Shown piece after piece: positions 35,891 to 49,583 of a stretch of 64,000 nt of DNA (within the stretch, counting starts at the first letter, position 1; each line of letters opens with the position of its first letter). The notes below the pieces were generated by a model. It worked only from the letters and a program-made list of their open reading frames with translations, ran no database searches and was not told where the DNA came from. The position numbers and the translations under genes were made by a program. This DNA is from Tricharina praecox (taxonomy: Eukaryota): contig NW_026250425.1 in assembly GCF_024521635.1 (NCBI RefSeq), positions 124,001 to 188,000 of the forward strand. Direction: 5' to 3'.

Positions 35891-38800
35891 TCAACAGACC
35901 TCGCCACCCCTCTGCCCCCTGACTCTGAGACCCAGACTGAGCTGCCTCAGATTCTCAAACGTAGTCTTACCGTCTCCAACGACGACTTCCTTCTTGACGC
36001 GCCGACTGCTAGATGTAGTAGTCGCCGGCTGCTCAGGACTCTCCTCCTCCGCCTTCCGCTTGATGCTCCTATTGGTGTTCGTGTACGTAACCTTAGCGCG
36101 CTGATGCAGCGCCGCGATGTACTCCCGTTGAATGTCGTTCTGTGCCATGGATGGCGATGTACTCGGCGAGGTTGGCGACGACTCGCCGGGAATGGTCCTG
36201 GGCTGCTGCGCCTTGCGCGTCTTGGGCGGCGTGTCCTCGATCTCGATGGGAGGCGCCGTGATACTGGGATCCAGAGCCGGCTCAACACTACCTTGGCCGG
36301 ACGTGAACTGCTGTTCCTCCGCCAGTATCGATAGATCGAGATCGAGACGGGCGACGTCGTTACTGGGGGAAAGAACGTTGGAGGATCGTTTACTCCTCGA
36401 AGAGGGCCGAGCTGGCGAAGCATGCTTGAGCGGCCGCTTCACACGCACTGACTTAGCAATAGGGGAGAGCTCTTTGACAGGCTCCTCCTCCTTATGCTCT
36501 TCGTCGTCCTCCTCCTCCTCCTTAACGGGTTCTTCGGCGGGTTCCTTGACTTGCTCCTTGACTGTCTCCTTGACTGTCACCTTGACCGACTCCTTGACAG
36601 GCTTCTTGGCTGGCTCCTTGACAGCCTCCTTGACAACCTCATTGACAGCCTCCTTGACAGCCTCCTTGACCGGCTCCTCGACAGTCTCCATAGCTGTCTC
36701 CACGACAGTCTCCTCGACCGGCTCCTTCGTCGTACCAGGCACCGGAATCGGCGTTTTAGACTGCCTTGGAGGAGCAGGCTGAATCGGCACCAGCAACGGC
36801 GGAGCGCGCAGAACCGCACTGTCGGCGCTTTCTTGCTCCACTGGCACTGGCGTAACCGATTTGGTGACGGCGCCCTCCCTCTGGCGCGCCACGGTCGCCT
36901 TCCGCTTCGACTCCTTCGCCTGGCGGCGGTTCTCAATGCCATGCTTTTTGAGCACCTTCTTGTATTCCGCCGCTGCCTGCTTATCCTGGACGAGCTTCCA
37001 CGTGTCCTGGTGGAGACATTTTTTCTATGGCGTGTTAGTACAGGAAACACAAGGGATGCATGGGGGATTGTACCTTGAGAGCTTTGCAGTCTTCACACGA
37101 AGGTTTGCGTCCTTTGTAGCCCGCTGGCGGCCCCATGGAGCCGAGAGCAGTCGCTTTGGAATTGCACGAAGACTTCGCAGGCGTCTGACTTCGTCTACCA
37201 GCTAGCGACGCCTCCGGTGGCACCGACAGCCTTATCGAAGACGACGCAGCGGCAAACTTCGGCGCCGGAAAAAGCGGTGATGCTGCTCTCTCCACAGCTG
37301 GAGAAGCCTTGACGGGCGCAGGCTTGCTCGGCGTGTCATCCATCGGCTCGTCGTCATCATCGAACTCGTCCATATCAACTCTAGACTCGGGATCCAGAGT
37401 CGTGGCTCTGTCGTCATCGCACCAGCCGCGTGCGCGAATCTCGTCCTTATGCTTGCAGCCGGTCTTCTTGAGTCGGCAACTCTCGCAGCCGATACGAGGC
37501 GGGCCGAGGTTCGACAACTTCTTGACATACAAGCTTCCGTCCGTGAGTTTGAGGTACTCGACCTGATGATTCTTCGAATTGGCGGACGACGGCGCAGGCG
37601 TAGTATTTCGGTTACGTCGAGTTGTTTTGGGCTTCTTCAAGGAAGAAGGTCCAGGGGTTGGTGTAGCCGACCTCTTCCCTGGCACCATCGATGAAGATCG
37701 CCGAGTTCCATTCAAACCGGCAACGACTGGAAGAAGACGCTCTGGGAAGTAGTTGAAATCCTCGAGATTATCTTCAGGACTGACAGACGGCTTTGAACGC
37801 TCCCTCAACCCTCCACGTCTCGGAGTCTCGCCGTCGATGCCAGCACCCTCCCCGTCGCCCTCAGCCTCCTCGACTTTCATGTCAGTCGTGCCGCCCATTG
37901 GTGTAGGCATCCATTCCACTTGCGCCCAATCGGGAACCTTCTCGCCACCCGGAACGATATCGGCACAAGCCCGCTTCCAGATACACCAACGTGCAAAGTG
38001 TTTGAGGTACAGGAGGGGGTTCCGATTGACCGGCCACGGAACCGCTTTCTTGACGTTATCCACAACCGTTTTGGAGAGCCTTGTAGCTCCAGGTCGCTGC
38101 GACGTGGTGATAACGCCCAGGGTAATCATAACGTTCCTGTGAAGGAAGTCCAGCAAACTGGGAAGTCCTTTGAGCTCTTCGACCGAGTAAGGAATCTGAG
38201 ACAATCGAAGTTTATGCTTTCGTCCGATAATAGCTGTAAGGATATCCTTCTCGATGTTCCTCGGCATCCGGTCCTTCTCAATATAGTTGAACATGACAGC
38301 CCACATGAGAGTTGCATAGCGTGGATATCGCATCTGCTTCGGCACTCCCGTGACCGCCTCAATATTGTAGACTCTCATCTGGTTGATGTAAAAGCCCCGA
38401 GTGAGGAAGTTTCCACCGATTACCAAGCTGTCAACCGGAGTATACACTGCATGGATCCAGCCCGACGGTATGAAAAAAGTATCGCCTTTATTCAACGTGA
38501 TGAGGCGGCATGGGATATCCGGAAGCAGGTCCGGAAGGAAAGTATAGTTCATGCTTTCCGACGAAGACCATTTTTCGTACGTCTTCAAGGCCTTCTCGGT
38601 TGGTGGCAAGACCAGAAACACCTTTTGTCCCTCATAGATGTGATAGAAGACTGACGAACCGCCAAAGTCGACATGGAAATCGGTGAAGGAGTCTTTGACG
38701 GACATCAGGACGTATTTGCCGACTGTCGGTTTCGCGAACCCGGGAGCGCAATCCCAAACTCGGTCCGCCAAGTCCGTCTCTCTCACAGCCCTGGGACGGG

Positions 38801-41530
38801 AGATCATTTCTCCAAGCTGACTTGTCGACACTTCGCAACTGATGCAGTTGTAGATGGTGTCCTTTTCTGGGCTCTCGAAGTAGTCCGCCAAACGACCCAT
38901 CGTCCATGGCTCCTTCGGGGGCTCTTGAGTGACCACATCCATCATCGGAACGGTCGTGTTGACGCCGACCATTTCGGCTACGCGACGGACGGTCAGTCCG
39001 GATGGAATCCTCATGTCCAACGCGTCTGCGTCTTCCCTCCGTGCCCATTGGATAGGTTCGTCGAAATCCAGCGATTGACGAGACTTGCTAGCAGGTGAGC
39101 CCAATCTCGTTTTCGTGCCGTTGGCGGGAGCGGGAGGTGGTGGAGGCACAGAAGTGCCAGGAGAGACCGGCGTTAGACTCGCAGACGGAGCAGCCTTGGG
39201 GTCATTGTGCCACGGCGTCGGGTTCCACTTTGCCGGGACGATAAACGGCTCCTTCCATGAGGCAGCGTCGTTGCTGTCTATCACCGCGGCGGTGACTAGC
39301 TCGGGCCTGAGGCGCTTGAGATTGTCTTCGGCGAAGGGGTGGCCTTTATCAAGGATCTTGCGAATGTATGGATGTATCCTAGCATCATCCGGATTCTTGA
39401 CTGGTGCTGAAGAACCATGGTGCAGAGCTTCATAGTCGATTGCCGTGCGTGCTCTGCCAGAGGATCGTTTCACTAACGATAGAAAAGAACCATTACTACG
39501 ATTCCGTCTGGCGAGTGATGTGGGGGGAGGAAATCAGAGTTACTAACAAGTAGATTTGCCATGCGTTGGTTCGCACGAGACGCAATAGAACTTATCAATC
39601 TTGTCTACGGCCGCTTGATCAAGCTTGACGCAACGCGCGTGATGCCAACCCTTACAGCCATCGCAGCCAATCCATGCACCGTTACGTCCATCGTCTTCCG
39701 AATAATGGACTTTGCAGGTTTGGCAATCCTCTTCGTTGTCGGAACGCTGCGCACCAGACGCAGCACCGACGTGCTCCGGGACGGACTTTTCTTTCGGTTT
39801 CCGGCTATTTTTCTTTGGCTCGGACGATTTAAGTAGGCGACTCGAAGAGCGACGATTTCGCAAGATTTCCTCATCCTAGAGTCCAAATCGTTTAGTATCG
39901 CCCTGCGTAGACCTTTCCTCAACAACTTACCGGAACAGGAGTTGCAGTTGGGACAGATGCTTCAACACCGGCTGTAGCCGTGTGTTTTGCAGAGTCACCA
40001 ACATCCTGATCGATAACCATTGGATCAACAACATCGAGGGATTCGTCCGAGGCAGATGGTAGTGGCTGAGGCAAGTCCGGCTTGCTTTCCGGCGGCACCT
40101 TGCTTGAAAGGAGGGTACCGTAATTGCTGTCCGGCTCCGTAGCTAAAAGCAGAGCGAGTCAAAATTTGGGAATGAAAACCCCTCTTCGAAGAAAACTCAC
40201 AGGTCGCATCCACAGCAGGTGGGTCGGTTGCCATTTTCTCATCCACCTCCATCAATTCCCCAGCTTCTGTATTGACTGTTGCCACGTCCTCGACGACCGC
40301 GGCTACCTCTGCGGGACTCTCATCCTCAGCGATTTCTGGGGTAAAATTGGCGGCCGAATCATTGACTCGAGGCGCCTCATCTACATCTTCCATAACCACG
40401 TCGGAAGGACTGCCAATGACATGATCGTCCTGGCTTGGAGTCGGAAGAGACGTAGTTTTGGACTTGCCAACATCGACGTCCAGAAAACCTTCCGCGGGAG
40501 TCTCATAATACTGGGCGAATGCCTTGGACATGTCCCCTGGACGCATCACTGCAATGCTGAACCCATCCTCGTCATCTTCCCCATCGTTCGATGAGTCCAT
40601 ATACATGTCCACCGGGGAGGCATTAATCCACGGGTATCGCGATCGCAGTTCTTCGGGCGTCGGCCCTGGCTGTGGTAGCTGGATTTCTGCTGGCGGAGCT
40701 GGCTCAGACATCATGATCACTGAAGGCAGCAGCCTTGCAGATAGCGGTTCCATAACAGGTAGCGGTTCCATCACAGCCCGGGGCAGATCCGGCAGTGGAA
40801 GCCTGGACTTCATCGGGAGTAGTCGCACGGCGGCCGGTGAAGGAGGAGACAAAGGCGCATCCGCGATAGCAGAATTCCTACGTTCCCGTCCGCCTGAGAC
40901 GGAGCGTCTCTCCTGACCGATAGGACCAAAGTTGTGCTCGTGTGCAGGCTTCGCGTGCGGGATGATCCGCTCCATCGATATCTTGCTTGTCGGCATAGTC
41001 GGGGGTAGCGCGGAATCCGGCCGCTGCCAGGAGGGGGAAGGGGAGACCATTACTGCCGTGGCTACCGGGGGCGATGGTGATGCCATCGTTGGGAACAGCA
41101 GTGGCGGGGGGTTGTATGTGGGGCCCGATGGGAGACGACCAGCGCCGTGCATGAGCGCGATGTCGGCGAGAGCATCGAGGGGATTCGGTGCCGCTTTCGG
41201 TAGCAGCTTGTAGTTTGGCGGAGCGAAACTATAGCCGTGGTGGTTATAGGGATTCGGAGCAGGTGAAGGGGCTCTTGGTGAAGGGTGGTGGAAGGCAGGC
41301 TCGGGATCGCGCGAGCTCCGCGAAACAGGCGGATACTGCGGGCTGTAGGAGGAGTAGGTGGTCGGCGGCGGGGGATAGTTGGGGTTCGAGAACGAAGAGG
41401 ATCTCGCGGCGAAAGCGGGAGTAGCGGCAGGCGGTGAGAGGGGCTCGACGGCGGTGCGCGCAAAATCGGGCGATGGAGTGCGAAAGCCCCATCTGGAGCC
41501 GTATGGCAAGCCGTCTCTCGAGGCGGCCAT
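35891..41530 (-). CDS. JHD1: PHD + JmjC histone H3K36 demethylase (KDM2/JHDM1 family), multi-exon
   Basis: PHD finger (WIGCDGCKGWHHARCV..IDKFYCVSCEPTHGKST) at 39543-39730. JmjC has intact Fe/2-OG motifs TDFHVDFGGSSVFYH, KVF and PSGWIHAVYTP..GGNFL. Introns at about 40143-40200, 39876-39929, 39474-39547 and 37025-37073. Start codon is tentative. Confidence 0.92.
36515..36730 (-). repeat. Coding 12-bp repeat (xVKE tetrapeptides) in the JHD1 C-terminal region
   Basis: EPVKEAVKEAVNEVVKEAVKEPAKKPVKESVKVTVKETVKEQVKEPAEEPVKE. Confidence 0.85.
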
Positions 41531-43912
41531 CGACGTAGGGGTCAAAGACGGCTCGTGAAATGTCGAGATTGACCGGTTCCGTCGATGGCGGAGGATCTGT
41601 AGGAACGGCGCGCAGGAGAAGTTGTCGGAGTGAGGTGAGTCGCGGTAGTGAAGCGAGGGGGTCGATGAGCGATCGGGAGTGCTCTGTTATGGTGAGGTAT
41701 TGGTATTGTAAGGGCGGTAGGTACACCACACTCTCCCACTGCCTCAGTCTCTCTCTCCCGACTCTTTGCTTTCGCACTCTCTTCTTTCTTTCCTTCTTTC
41801 CTTCTCTCTTTCTCAGTGAGTGTATTCGGGTCGCTCTTTCGCGCACCCACTTCCCTCGGGCTTCTTCTTCTTCTTCTTCTTGTTCGTCTTCGTCTTTGTC
41901 GTCTTCTTCTTCTCCTTTCACAGAGCAGTTATTTTCCGTCTTCCCTTCTGAGAAAGTGGTTTCGCAGATAAGCGTAAGCGAAATGGGTGGAAAGGGCGAG
42001 CGAGTTTCGGAGTGAACGGTGCTGAACGAGAGATTCTCTCGCGTGCGAATATGAGAGCTTTGGTTCGGCACGAGAGGAGATATTCTCGGAGGGATGTTGA
42101 AGTCTGTAGGAGTTTGGAGGGGAGGGTTTGGTGGTAGTAGGTGGGTGGTGGTGGTTGTGGAGGTGGTGGTGGAGGTGGTGGTGGGTGGTTGTGGTTGCTT
42201 GGGTGGGACTCTTTGGGGGCGCGAGAGGGAGCGAGTAGCAGCACAGCACAGCAAGGGAGTGAGAGGTGTGTGAGTGAGTGGGCAATGCCACCGGTTGTAT
42301 GATATGGGCGCGAAAGAAGATCACGACAGAACAGAACTGAAAAAGAATGGGGCAAATTATCCACCAAAGGAAACAGCAGTCAGACAGAGCAAAAGGGCAG
42401 GCGGGCACAGTCGAATAGCCACGGTGGGCGCGGAGCGGAATGGGCCAGCGCCTCGAGCGTAGGGTGGTGGATCAATAGAGTTAAGGTGGGAGCTGGAGGT
42501 TAAGCTGAAGGTCAAGGTAGATAGTGGGGATCAACAAACAGCAAAAGGACCGGCGTCCAGTGGCCAGGCCAATGGGCTGGCGAACCCGCGCAAAGAGGAC
42601 CGTATTTACTGCGACTTCACAATCGATCTGAACTATATGGGGATTTGGGTGGAAACGTAAGGCTGGATACTTGTCAGTAATTACAAGCAATCGATCGATC
42701 ATCAATCGAGCAGTCAGTCATACGGCAGAACACTCTTCGTCCTGGAGATATCTCATTCGCTTTCAGTACACACCGTCCAGCATCGGATTCGTCAAGCTAA
42801 TAGTAGAGCATAGAGTGCTCGCGGCTCACCTACATACAGGAGAGAGGGGGGAGGTGGTGGTGGGAGCGAGCGAGGGGCTAGCTGCCGCAGTAGCGAACGA
42901 ACGGGAACGAGCGAGCGAATCCCACCGGAGACAAGAATCCTCTCGCTTCAGCTTCACCCGTTGCCCCGCTGCCTCTCGTCTACTGCCATTCCCGCCGACT
43001 CGCGCCTCGTCTTTGCCACGTCCCGAACGAGATACCGGGGGGATCTATTGTGCCTTGAACACGTCCGGAGAGCCTGCCCCGCGCCACCGAACACCCCGCC
43101 CGCCCTTCGTCGATATCGCCAGGTCTGCAGGGAACGCCACCTCATCTGTTCCCCGTCTGCACTCGGTACGGAATGTCGATTCTACGGGTACAAATATCGA
43201 GCCTCGACTGCCATACACACCCCCGGAGTCCGTCCGGCGCTCCCCCATGATCGCGCTCACGGCCAGTCTTGCGCAGTCGGCACTCGTACCGACGATGGGC
43301 TGCCTGAGATGAATGTCTATTGTCAGCTACTCGGGGTACATCCGACGTATCCTGCTCCACCCAATCCAATCCACCCGACTCGACTCGGCCACGCGGTGCC
43401 AACACCATCCCTCCTTCGTTTCCGTGCCGCTCTGGAATACACTCGTCCCCTAGACTGCGCTGTGGATTAGGCCCCGCGAGCGAGGATCGTTTGGCTGAAG
43501 CGGAAAGGCCTCTGCGGTAGAGGTTGGCGTACACCTCATATCAAGCACTCGGTGTCTTCCGGATCGTTGAGAAGAGGCCGAGTGTCTATGGACTGTCAAC
43601 AATCGCAGACGGAGGGTACGGAGGGACCAGCTTACCTACCTTGTCAGTGCGTGTAGGTATGTCTAATCATCTCAGAGCCTCTAAACCGTAACCCTCTGCG
43701 GTTGTGAGCAGAGACTTGCGCCGAAGGATTGAAGTCGAATTTGTATGCTGACCGCCCACCAGACACATCTACAGACTTCCGATCGTTCCTTCCCAGCCAA
43801 CCGATGATCACCAGCTACCTACCTCAACACATTACAACGCACCGCTGGACGTCTTGTTCCGACGTCCCTTGTTTCATGCCAGTCCGGAACAAAGACCGTC
43901 GATAGTACAACT

Positions 43913-44581
43913 ATGGAGACGAATACAGCACTCATTGAGGACTCCTCGAGCGAGAGAAGCTACGTTTGCGCCAACAAGTCTTATCTCCCGCCTCCTTCTC
44001 TACCTCAATCCGCATCATCACCACCACCACTACCCTCCTCACCGGCAATCCACCATGTCCACCATGTGCACCCTCCGTGCCCGCAAACTCCACCGCTACC
44101 TCCCGCCACCGCCCGCCGCGTCCTCATCATCCCCGGAATAGTCCTGCCACCGCTGCCTCGGCGTTTTCCGCTTCTCCCTGGCGCTGAACCGGTGCGAGTA
44201 GGCGCGGCACCGGTTCTGTTGACGCGTGAATCGGAGTACCGTATGATTATTACGGGTGGGATAATGGAAAGTGTCTGGTCTGGCAACGTGGTGTGGGAGA
44301 GGCTGAGGGAAAGGGAAGGGATCTATGATGTGGAGTGGAGTGGCTTGCTTGGAGAGGGCGGGATGGCGGTGGGCGGGAAGGAGTTGCGGGTTTTGAGACG
44401 TTGGCGCCAGATGAGAAGTGTGCCGGAAGTGGCGGGTGGAATGGGGCGTATATGGTGGATTCACTACTCACTGCTATCGGAGTTGGATCTTGCTGGGTGG
44501 GCTTTGCCCGAGCGTGGAAGAGCTGCAGCTGAACCGCCAGATGCAAGTGGAGAGAGCTTAAAGACGTGGATTGAGAGCTAA
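43913..44581 (+). CDS. Hypothetical protein (222 aa, Pro-rich N-terminus)
   Basis: ATG-initiated ORF with a protein-like C-terminal half, in the gap between JHD1 and SAM37; no family recognised. Confidence 0.4.
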   Translation: METNTALIEDSSSERSYVCANKSYLPPPSLPQSASSPPPLPSSPAIHHVHHVHPPCPQTPPLPPATARRVLIIPGIVLPPLPRRFPLLPGAEPVRVGAAPVLLTRESEYRMIITGGIMESVWSGNVVWERLREREGIYDVEWSGLLGEGGMAVGGKELRVLRRWRQMRSVPEVAGGMGRIWWIHYSLLSELDLAGWALPERGRAAAEPPDASGESLKTWIES

Positions 44582-44856
44582 TAGCATTGTTTTGAGATTG
44601 TACACACTGTAGTAGCATCATCTCATCTCGTCAAGCTCAATCTATTCAGCGCCATAGCCACCTCCCCGAGTGATACCCATGACCCGGGAGTGTCCAATCC
44701 AGCCAGGTAGCTCATCCCTAGTCAACTCCCCGCACCTCCGCGATGCGGCTCCAATTTTGAATCCTTCGCCCCACCACCACCGCACCACCGACCGTCCCAC
44801 CGCCGCACCAGCACCAGCACCAGCACACATCAACCCACGCACGCAGCACGCACGCA

Positions 44857-46097
44857 ATGCTCACACTTCACGTCTGGGGCCCCGGCTTCGGCCTGCCCAG
44901 CATCGACCCGCACTGCCTGAGCGCAATCGCCTACCTCCAACTCGCGGTCCCACGGGGGGAATGGCAGATCATCCCATCGAGCAATCCGCACCTATCGCCT
45001 AGCAGTGCGCCCCCTCCCTTCCCTTTCCCCTCCTCCTCCTCCCTTTCTCCCCCGCCCACTGACCCCAACCTACAGAAACTCTCCCCGCCCTGCAACACAG
45101 CACCGTCTGGTCCACAGGCCTTCCGCAGATCCTCGACTACATAACGCAACTATACCCCTCTCTCGCGCCGGACTCCCTCTTTTGCGCGCGGGAGCGCGCG
45201 CAGATCACCGCGTTCACGGCGTACGTGCAATCGCGCGGCGGCGAGGTGGTGGACCTGTCGCTGTACGCCGACGAGAAGAATTTTACCGCCGTTACGAGGC
45301 CGGGGTTTGCAAGCTTGCTAGGATGGCCCGAGTGTTACTACTATCCCACCGTTGAGAGGAGGAGGGCCAGGGGCAGGACGGCGCATTTGGGTGTTGGGCT
45401 GGGAGGGGCGGGGGATGGGGAGGGGGCGGGGGGAATGGAAGTGCTGGGCGAGACGCCGGGGGAGCGGGCGGTGCGGGCTGCGCGTGCTGGGGGTGGGGCG
45501 GGGGGCGTGGAGGGGGAGGTCGGGCGGACGAAGCGCGAAGTGCAGCTTTCGCGGGTATGCGCGGACTTCCTCTCGCCGCTGGCACGGATGGTCGCAGACA
45601 GTCCGGGGCCGTTCTGGTTCGGCGCTGCGCCGAGTAGTCTCGACTGCTGGGTGCTGGGGTATCTCGCACTGCTCTTGATCCCAGATATGCCGCAGGACTG
45701 GGCAAAGAGCGCGGTGCAGCGCGAGCCCAGGCTCGCTGCCTATGTGCATGATATGCGCGCGAGGCTGCTGGAGGGTGTGGTACTGGGGAGGGCCGAGAGG
45801 GGGGATTTGCCGTGGCTCGGGGGAGTGCTGGTTGATGAAGTTAGGGGCTGGGTCGGTGGCCTGTGGACTCGAGGCGACGAGGAGTGGAGGGATGATGATC
45901 CTATGCTGGAGGAGAGGAAGCGGCGCGCGGTACTGGCCAGGAGGAGGGAGTGGTGGAAGAGTCTGGGGTTCGTGCTGGGTGGCGTGGCGGGCATGATGGG
46001 GTATGTCGTTTGGAGCGGGATTGTGGCTATTGGCGGGAGTGGGGCGGAGGAGGGAGAGGAGGTGGTGGTGGAGGTGGAGCAAGAGGACGGGGAATAG
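44857..46097 (+). CDS. SAM37: Mitochondrial SAM complex subunit Sam37/metaxin-like
   Basis: MLTLHVWGPGFGLPSIDPHCLSAIAYL..SSNPHLSP, intron 45005-45075, GST-like C-domain FWFGAAPSSLDCWVLGYLAL and a C-terminal TM helix. Confidence 0.9.
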
Positions 46098-46916
46098 ATC
46101 TAGAGCCAGACGACGGGCGATGGGGATCGTTGCTGTGCTGTGGTGTATGAATGTATGTACTTGTATCGATGGGCTGTACGAATATGGAATAACATGTACT
46201 GGTATCTATGGGCATTCAATTGCGACTCTGCTACCTACTACCTACTCTGAGGAGTAGTGCTTGGCCGAGGGAGTGAGATGCAATTGTTGGTGAGTTGCTG
46301 AGAGTGGCCGAGTCACCCGTGGTGCATTTGATTCGAATACTTCCGCCCAGACCTCCGCACTTTCTCAGCCTCGAACTCGTCATCCCTTCTAGCGCCTTTC
46401 TGGAAGCCGCAATCCCCATCCGCAGAGTCGATGGAGGCTGGGGATGCCGGGCGTGCCTGCCGAAGCCCGTCGCCTCCCATCGGCGTCTTCTTCTCTGTTT
46501 CGTTTGTGATTTTTTCTCGCTGCCGGAAGACAGCTCTCCGGTTGTAGCGAGTGGGGGTTGTTCCAACCATGCTGATTCGGGAAATGCTCCCGTCTGCAGC
46601 TGGTCCGTGCCCCTCGGCAGAGCCTCAAAGCTGTGTGCTTGGAAACGTTGGTTGCTGTTTATTTGTGGACCCCTTCCCTGATTCAGTCGAAAACCTCGAA
46701 TACAGGTTAGCGTGCTGCCCCTCCTCCTCCTCTCCTCCGTCCCTCTGAGACCTGTTTCTCTTCTCGCTCTCTCCCTTCCTCCTCCATCCCTCTGCTTCCT
46801 TCTTCGCCGCCTTCTCTTGTACTCGTCAACCTCTTCCCCCATCTGAATCCATCTCGTTACAAGTACGAGCTCCATAACACTTCAATTCTGTACACCAACA
46901 AACATAAAAAAACAAC

Positions 46917-47821
46917 ATGAACATGATTCGCTCCTCTCGTCTTGTGGTGAGGTATGTATCCGCCTCTCCTTAGTCTCCTTAGTCTCCTTAGTCCCCTATG
47001 TCATCCTCTTCAGTGCCCCGTAAATAATCGTCAGCTAACATTAACTTATTCCAGCTACAACGTTCTGAGCGTCAAGCGTCCGTACGTCGCGGCGTCGTTG
47101 ACTTCAGCTGTAATTCCCGCCTCCTACAACAGGTATTCGACCTGCAGTTCTAATCGCATTCCATAGGCTCTTTTTGGAGTCGGCGACATCGTCTCGCAGC
47201 AGGCTGTGTCGCGCAAGGGCCTCAAGAACCACGACTTCGCCAGCACTATGCGCATGACTCTTTACGGCGCCTGTTTGTAACCATTTCTCTCTCCGCCGCC
47301 TTCCAATCTGACTCGCTCCCGTAGGCGTCTTCGGTCCGGTCGCTACCGCCTGGTACAAGCTCTTGGAGCGCCACGTCGTCATCAAGGGACAGAAGTTCGC
47401 GACCGCGGCTGCTAGAGCTGCCGCTGACCAGACGCTCTTTGCGCCCGTTGGAATCGCTGCCTTCTTCACTTGCATGACCGTCATGGAGGGCGGCGACATC
47501 AAAAAGAAGCTCGCCGAAAAATGGGAGCAGACTCTTTACACCAACTGGAAGCTTTGGCCCTTCGTGCAGTTGGGCAACTTCACTCTGGTGCCTTTGCATC
47601 TTAGGCTCATGGTTGTGAACGTCGTCTCCATCGGTGAGTGAACTTCAGAATTGTCAGTATGAGTATGAAGAGGGTATTTACTGACAGAAATAGGTTGGAA
47701 CGCTTACTTGGGCCACGCCAACTCCAAGACGGACGACACTCCCGGCTCCAAGGAGGTTTCTCGCATCGAGGAACTCACCGACGAGGCGGCCACCAAGATC
47801 AGCAAGACCGTCAAGGCTTGA
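46917..47821 (+). CDS. SYM1: Mpv17/PMP22-family mitochondrial inner-membrane protein (Sym1), 5 exons
   Basis: Spliced [86 protein letters not shown]. Confidence 0.88.
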
Positions 47822-48669
47822 ATGAAAACGACGGCTCTCACCCGGATAGGACAAAACCACTCTTTGAGTGTTGGGTGTCGGAGCTGCGAACTCGATCTGG
47901 AATCAGATGAAAGTTTCATTTTCGCTTGTCTGTTTGCTTCACGATAAAATGATGGGAGGACTTGTTTCTGGTACACCGTTTACTTCTGCATGGATTTTAC
48001 ACTTGGTCGGCTACAAAGGCGTTGATGGTCATGGGACTAGATGAGGCTGATATTTGTTGTACTTAGTTTCTGTCTGCTTTCTTTGTTCTGAGTTTGCTTC
48101 AATCTTCCGGGGCTCGTTTCTTTACTCCATACCTAATACCCTAGATAGAGCATTGTGTTTGTGTCTTGACGATGCCAATGGTGGCGACATGAGGATTGGG
48201 GATTGTCTGTGTTTTCGTGTCTTACTATCTGTTTGTGTGTGTTTCTGTGTTTTTTTTGTGTGTGTCCCACTTACTTCTCTCGCGGTTGGCTGTATTCGCC
48301 GCGGCTCGTGCGAAGCAGAAACATCTGCACGTTTCAAGATCATTAATCATGTGTGCTCACTCGTGACAGGCGTTAATGTGATTGGCTGCATAAATCGATT
48401 TGGAGTTCGAGGGTTTAAGTATTTTTAATTTTGTTTATTTTTGCCCTCCCCCGCATCAATCGACCCTGCCCACCCAAAGCCAACCACCAAAGCCGCAACA
48501 CACTTTTCTCTCTACAAACCACATTAGAGCCACCACCACCACCCTCTACCACCACCTCCGCCGCCACTACCTCCGACACCCTCACATCCACCATTAACCC
48601 TCAACCCACGACGCACCACCCACGACCCCGCTTCCCCGCCACAACACATCACACCACAGTTCACGCAAC

Positions 48670-49583
48670 ATGGCTACTCCCGCCGCCGCTGCCGAAACCG
48701 AGGCGTTCGAAATCAGAGATGAGCAGCGTCCTCTCACGGAGATCCCGATTTCGCCGCCGAACGGAGAGGCCGACGAGGCTGCCGACGGATTGAAGCCCAC
48801 TGAGCAGCTGACCGTCTTCCACTCCGCCGACAACTTCAACGTTAAGCACCCGTTGATGAACAAGTGGACCCTGTGGTTCACTAAGCCGCCGTCTGGAAAG
48901 GTATGTTGCAGACTATGTTGCAGACGGGGGAGGATGGATTGGTGAAGGCGTGAATGTGTGCTGACTGTTCGGTGCAATAGGGTGGTAACGACTGGAGCGA
49001 GCTGCTGAAGGAGGTCGTTACTTTCGACTCTGTTGAGGAGTTCTGGGGCATCTACGTGAGTTCACTCTACTCTTTCACCCCTCTACAACGGCAGTGATGG
49101 ATGGCGGGGTGAATGGTGCGGCTGACAGCGCGTTCGCACATGCAGAACAACATCCAAAAAACATCCGAGCTCGCGCTGAAGTCCGACTACCACCTGTTCA
49201 AGCAGGGCGTCCGACCGGAGTGGGAAGACGAGCAGAACATGAACGGAGGCAAGTGGGCGTACCAGTTCAAAGACAAGCGCGCGGTGGCCATCGACGACCT
49301 CTGGCTCCACGTGATGCTCGCCGCGATCGGTGAGACCCTCGAGGCCGACGATGTCAAGGAGGTCATGGGCGTCGTCGTCAATGTCCGCAGGGGCTTCTTC
49401 CGCATCGGCGTCTGGACTAGGACTACGGGCGTCAAGGGCGGAAACAAGGACTCGCTCAAGGAGATCGGAAAGAGGTTCAAGGAGGTGCTCAAGTTGGCCG
49501 AGGCTGAGAAGGTCGAATTCTCGGGACACACCGATGCGGCGCAATCAGGATCCACGAGGGCCAAGCCGAAGTTTACGGTTTAG
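48670..49583 (+). CDS. CDC33: Translation initiation factor eIF4E (class I)
   Basis: HPLMNKWTLWFTKPP, NDW, FDSVEEFWGIYNNI, DYHLFKQGVRPEWED, NGGKW, DDLW and RIGVW; introns 48901-48980 and 49056-49145. Confidence 0.97.

Noticed and set aside
41244..42408. 336-aa and other minus-strand ORFs upstream of JHD1
   Set aside because: Translations of microsatellite-rich UTR or promoter sequence, out of frame with the JHD1 CDS.
46917..47821. Mpv17/PMP22 gene as the Woronin sorting complex (WSC), forming a cluster with the leashin-like gene
   Set aside because: The motifs look like mitochondrial Sym1/MPV17 rather than the PMP22-like WSC, and the gene is 35 kb away among unrelated housekeeping genes.
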